A stretch of DNA of 64,000 nt, from the NCBI GenBank assembly GCA_963745025.1, contig CAVUWD010000016.1, forward strand, positions 128,001 to 192,000, written 5' to 3'. The notes beneath the pieces are model-generated. The model saw nothing but the letters and a program-made list of their open reading frames with translations. It did no database searches and was not told the origin of the DNA. A program made the translations under genes and the position numbers. Shown in pieces: positions 61,994 through 64,000 of this stretch (its first letter is position 1; each line of letters starts with the position of its first letter). The DNA is from an uncultured delta proteobacterium (GTDB taxonomy: Bacteria > Desulfobacterota > Binatia > JACPRU01).

Positions 61994-62952
61994 AGTGCCT
62001 GGTCACCGGCGCGGCCGGCTTCATCGGCTCGCATCTCGCCGCGCGCCTCGCCGAGCTCGGCCACGAGATCGTCGGCGTCGACTGCTTCCTCGACTACTAC
62101 CCGCGCACGGTGAAGGAGCGAAATCTCCGATCGCTCGGCGAGCGGCCGAACGTCCGGTTCCTCGAGCAGGATCTGTCGCGTGTCGAGCTCGCACCGCTCC
62201 TCGCGGGCGTGGATTGGGTCTTCCACCAAGCCGCGCAGGCCGGGGTGCGGGCGAGCTGGGGGCGCGACTTCGAGATCTACGCGCTCCACAACGTGCTTGC
62301 CACACAGCGCCTGCTTGAAGCCGCGCGGAACGCGAAGGTCCGTCGCTTCGTCTATGCGTCGTCCTCTTCGGTATACGGGGACACGACCGACCTGCCGATG
62401 CGCGAGCAGAGCCTTCCCCGCCCGATCTCGCCCTACGGCGTGACCAAGCTCGCGGCCGAGCACCTCTGCTGGCTCTACTGGCGGAGCTACGGGCTGCCGA
62501 CCGTATCGCTCCGCTACTTCACGGTCTACGGCCCCCGCCAGCGTCCTGACATGGCGTTTCACCGCTTTCTCAAGGGGGCGCTCCGCGGCGAAGAGATCAC
62601 GCTCTACGACGACGGTGAGCAGACCCGCGACTTCACGTTCGTGTCCGACGTGGTGGCGGCCAACCTCGCCGCGGCGGAGCGAGGCGAGGGTGGCGACGTG
62701 TTCAACATCGGCGGCGGCTCGGAGGTCAGCATCAACCACGTGCTCGAGACGATCGAACGGCTCTGCGGCCGCACTCTCCGCGTGCGGCGCGGAGGGCGGC
62801 AAAAGGGGGACGTTCGGCACACGGCCGCCGACTGCAGCCGCGCGCGAGCGGCGCTCGGCTTCCAGCCCGGCATCGCGCTCCCGGAGGGGCTTCGTCGCGA
62901 GTGGGAATGGATCCAGGAGGAGTATGATGGGCATCAGCCAAGAGCTGCTTGA
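61990..62952 (+). CDS. NAD-dependent nucleotide-sugar epimerase/dehydratase
   Basis: TGAAGFIG, ASSSSVYG, YGVTK, RYFTVYGPRQRPDMA. Confidence 0.92.
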   Translation: MKCLVTGAAGFIGSHLAARLAELGHEIVGVDCFLDYYPRTVKERNLRSLGERPNVRFLEQDLSRVELAPLLAGVDWVFHQAAQAGVRASWGRDFEIYALHNVLATQRLLEAARNAKVRRFVYASSSSVYGDTTDLPMREQSLPRPISPYGVTKLAAEHLCWLYWRSYGLPTVSLRYFTVYGPRQRPDMAFHRFLKGALRGEEITLYDDGEQTRDFTFVSDVVAANLAAAERGEGGDVFNIGGGSEVSINHVLETIERLCGRTLRVRRGGRQKGDVRHTAADCSRARAALGFQPGIALPEGLRREWEWIQEEYDGHQPRAA

Positions 62953-63097
62953 AATTCTCGCCTGCCCCAAGTGCAAGGGCGACCTCGAACTCAACCCGAA
63001 GCAGGACGGGCTCGTCTGCAAGGCATGCAAGCTCCTCTACCGCATCGAGGACGACATCCCGATTATGCTGATCGACGAGGCCGTGAAGCTCGAGTGA
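62924..63097 (+). CDS. Trm112/YcaR family protein
   Basis: LLEILACPKCKG...C..C...YRIEDDIPIML. Confidence 0.92.
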   Translation: MMGISQELLEILACPKCKGDLELNPKQDGLVCKACKLLYRIEDDIPIMLIDEAVKLE

Positions 63098-64000
63098 GCG
63101 AGACGCAGGTCCCCGAAAGCCGCTCGGCCGCCAGCGGGCGCGCGCCGTTTACGGAGTGGCATGGCGCCGTCGAGCGTTTGAACGTGGAGACCTGTGAGGC
63201 CGCCGAGCTCGCCTTTGGGCGCGGGGAGACGGCCGGCGTGCGGGAGTTTCTCTGGGATCCGATGCGCGCGTTCGTCGTCACCGCGCTCCGCAGGGGGCTG
63301 TCGCAGGCCGTGCTCGACGGGTACTGGAGGCTCGCCCGCGCCGCGAAGCTCTGGGAAACCGAAATGCGCTGGCGGAAGCGGCATCTGGAAAGCTTCGAGC
63401 AGGGGGCCGTGTCGGGGATCGCCCGCCGGGAGTGGCGGGACTCGCTCGAACGCCTGCTCGGCGCCGAGGGCGCCGCCGACCGCATCGCCGGTGGACGGGG
63501 CACGGCGCGGCGGATTACGACCGACCAAGGGACGGTGATCGTACGTCGCTACCGCCGCGGCGGTGCGATGCGCTGGCTCGGCCAGAGCTACTTCGGCTTT
63601 CGGTCGCGCCCGTTTCGCGAGTTTCGGGTGTTGCTTTGCGCCCGTCGCCGTGGTCTGCCGGTACCCGACGCGATCGCCGCCGTGGTGGAGCGGAGGTTCG
63701 GGCTCGTCTACCGCGGCCATCTGCTGATGCGCGAGATCGGCGGCAGCGTGCCGATCCTCGACTTTCTGCGCAGCCATCCCGGCGCCGACGCCGTCCCTCT
63801 GCTGGCGCGTGGCCTGCGAGAGCTCCACGACGCGGGCCTGTGGCATCCGGACCTGAATCTCGGAAACGTTCTGGTGGTCGCGCGTTCGTATGGAGCGAGT
63901 CTCGCCTTCGTAGACCTGGACCGCGCACGGCTGGCCGACCGCCCGCTCGGCATCGCCGCACGGCGGCGAAGCCTCCACCGCCTGCGGCGATCGGCGGCGA
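63094..64000 (+). CDS. Kdo/LPS kinase (KdkA-like), partial, runs off the window; absent from the ORF track
   Basis: From GTG 63094: GGRG, VRRYRRGG, RPFREF, GLPVP, LHDAGLWHPDLNLGNVL, VDLDRA. Confidence 0.85.
   Translation, partial: MSETQVPESRSAASGRAPFTEWHGAVERLNVETCEAAELAFGRGETAGVREFLWDPMRAFVVTALRRGLSQAVLDGYWRLARAAKLWETEMRWRKRHLESFEQGAVSGIARREWRDSLERLLGAEGAADRIAGGRGTARRITTDQGTVIVRRYRRGGAMRWLGQSYFGFRSRPFREFRVLLCARRRGLPVPDAIAAVVERRFGLVYRGHLLMREIGGSVPILDFLRSHPGADAVPLLARGLRELHDAGLWHPDLNLGNVLVVARSYGASLAFVDLDRARLADRPLGIAARRRSLHRLRRSAA

Overview
High-GC Gram-negative bacterial chromosome. Two small hypothetical proteins resemble families I recall from Candidatus Binatia/Binatota, so that assignment is inference. 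0-16 kb is an accessory mosaic: gene remnants, a coupled pgsA-like / class-V aminotransferase / pgpA trio, a lower-GC three-gene cassette, two tandem AhpD/CMD-like genes and a CoA-transferase pair. Each AhpD/CMD gene has an in-frame UGA in a CxxU motif followed by an identically placed SECIS-like hairpin, making them probable selenoproteins that the ORF track splits. 16-64 kb is mostly housekeeping: MerR + classical menaquinone operon, rmuC, def, Rrf2-suf operon, MATE, acyl-CoA dehydrogenase/DUF72/FIST, Fur-boxed FTR1, CDF, ftsEX-envC, lysS, lolCD, bamA-skp and a lipid A/Kdo cluster. Three kinds of intergenic palindromic element occur: a GTAG REPIN-like inverted repeat, four heptamer-armed hairpins, and two copies of a ~240-bp multi-hairpin element whose middle hairpin is flipped between copies. 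No rRNA, tRNA, CRISPR array or transposase was seen. Calls come from motif recognition only; no searches were run.
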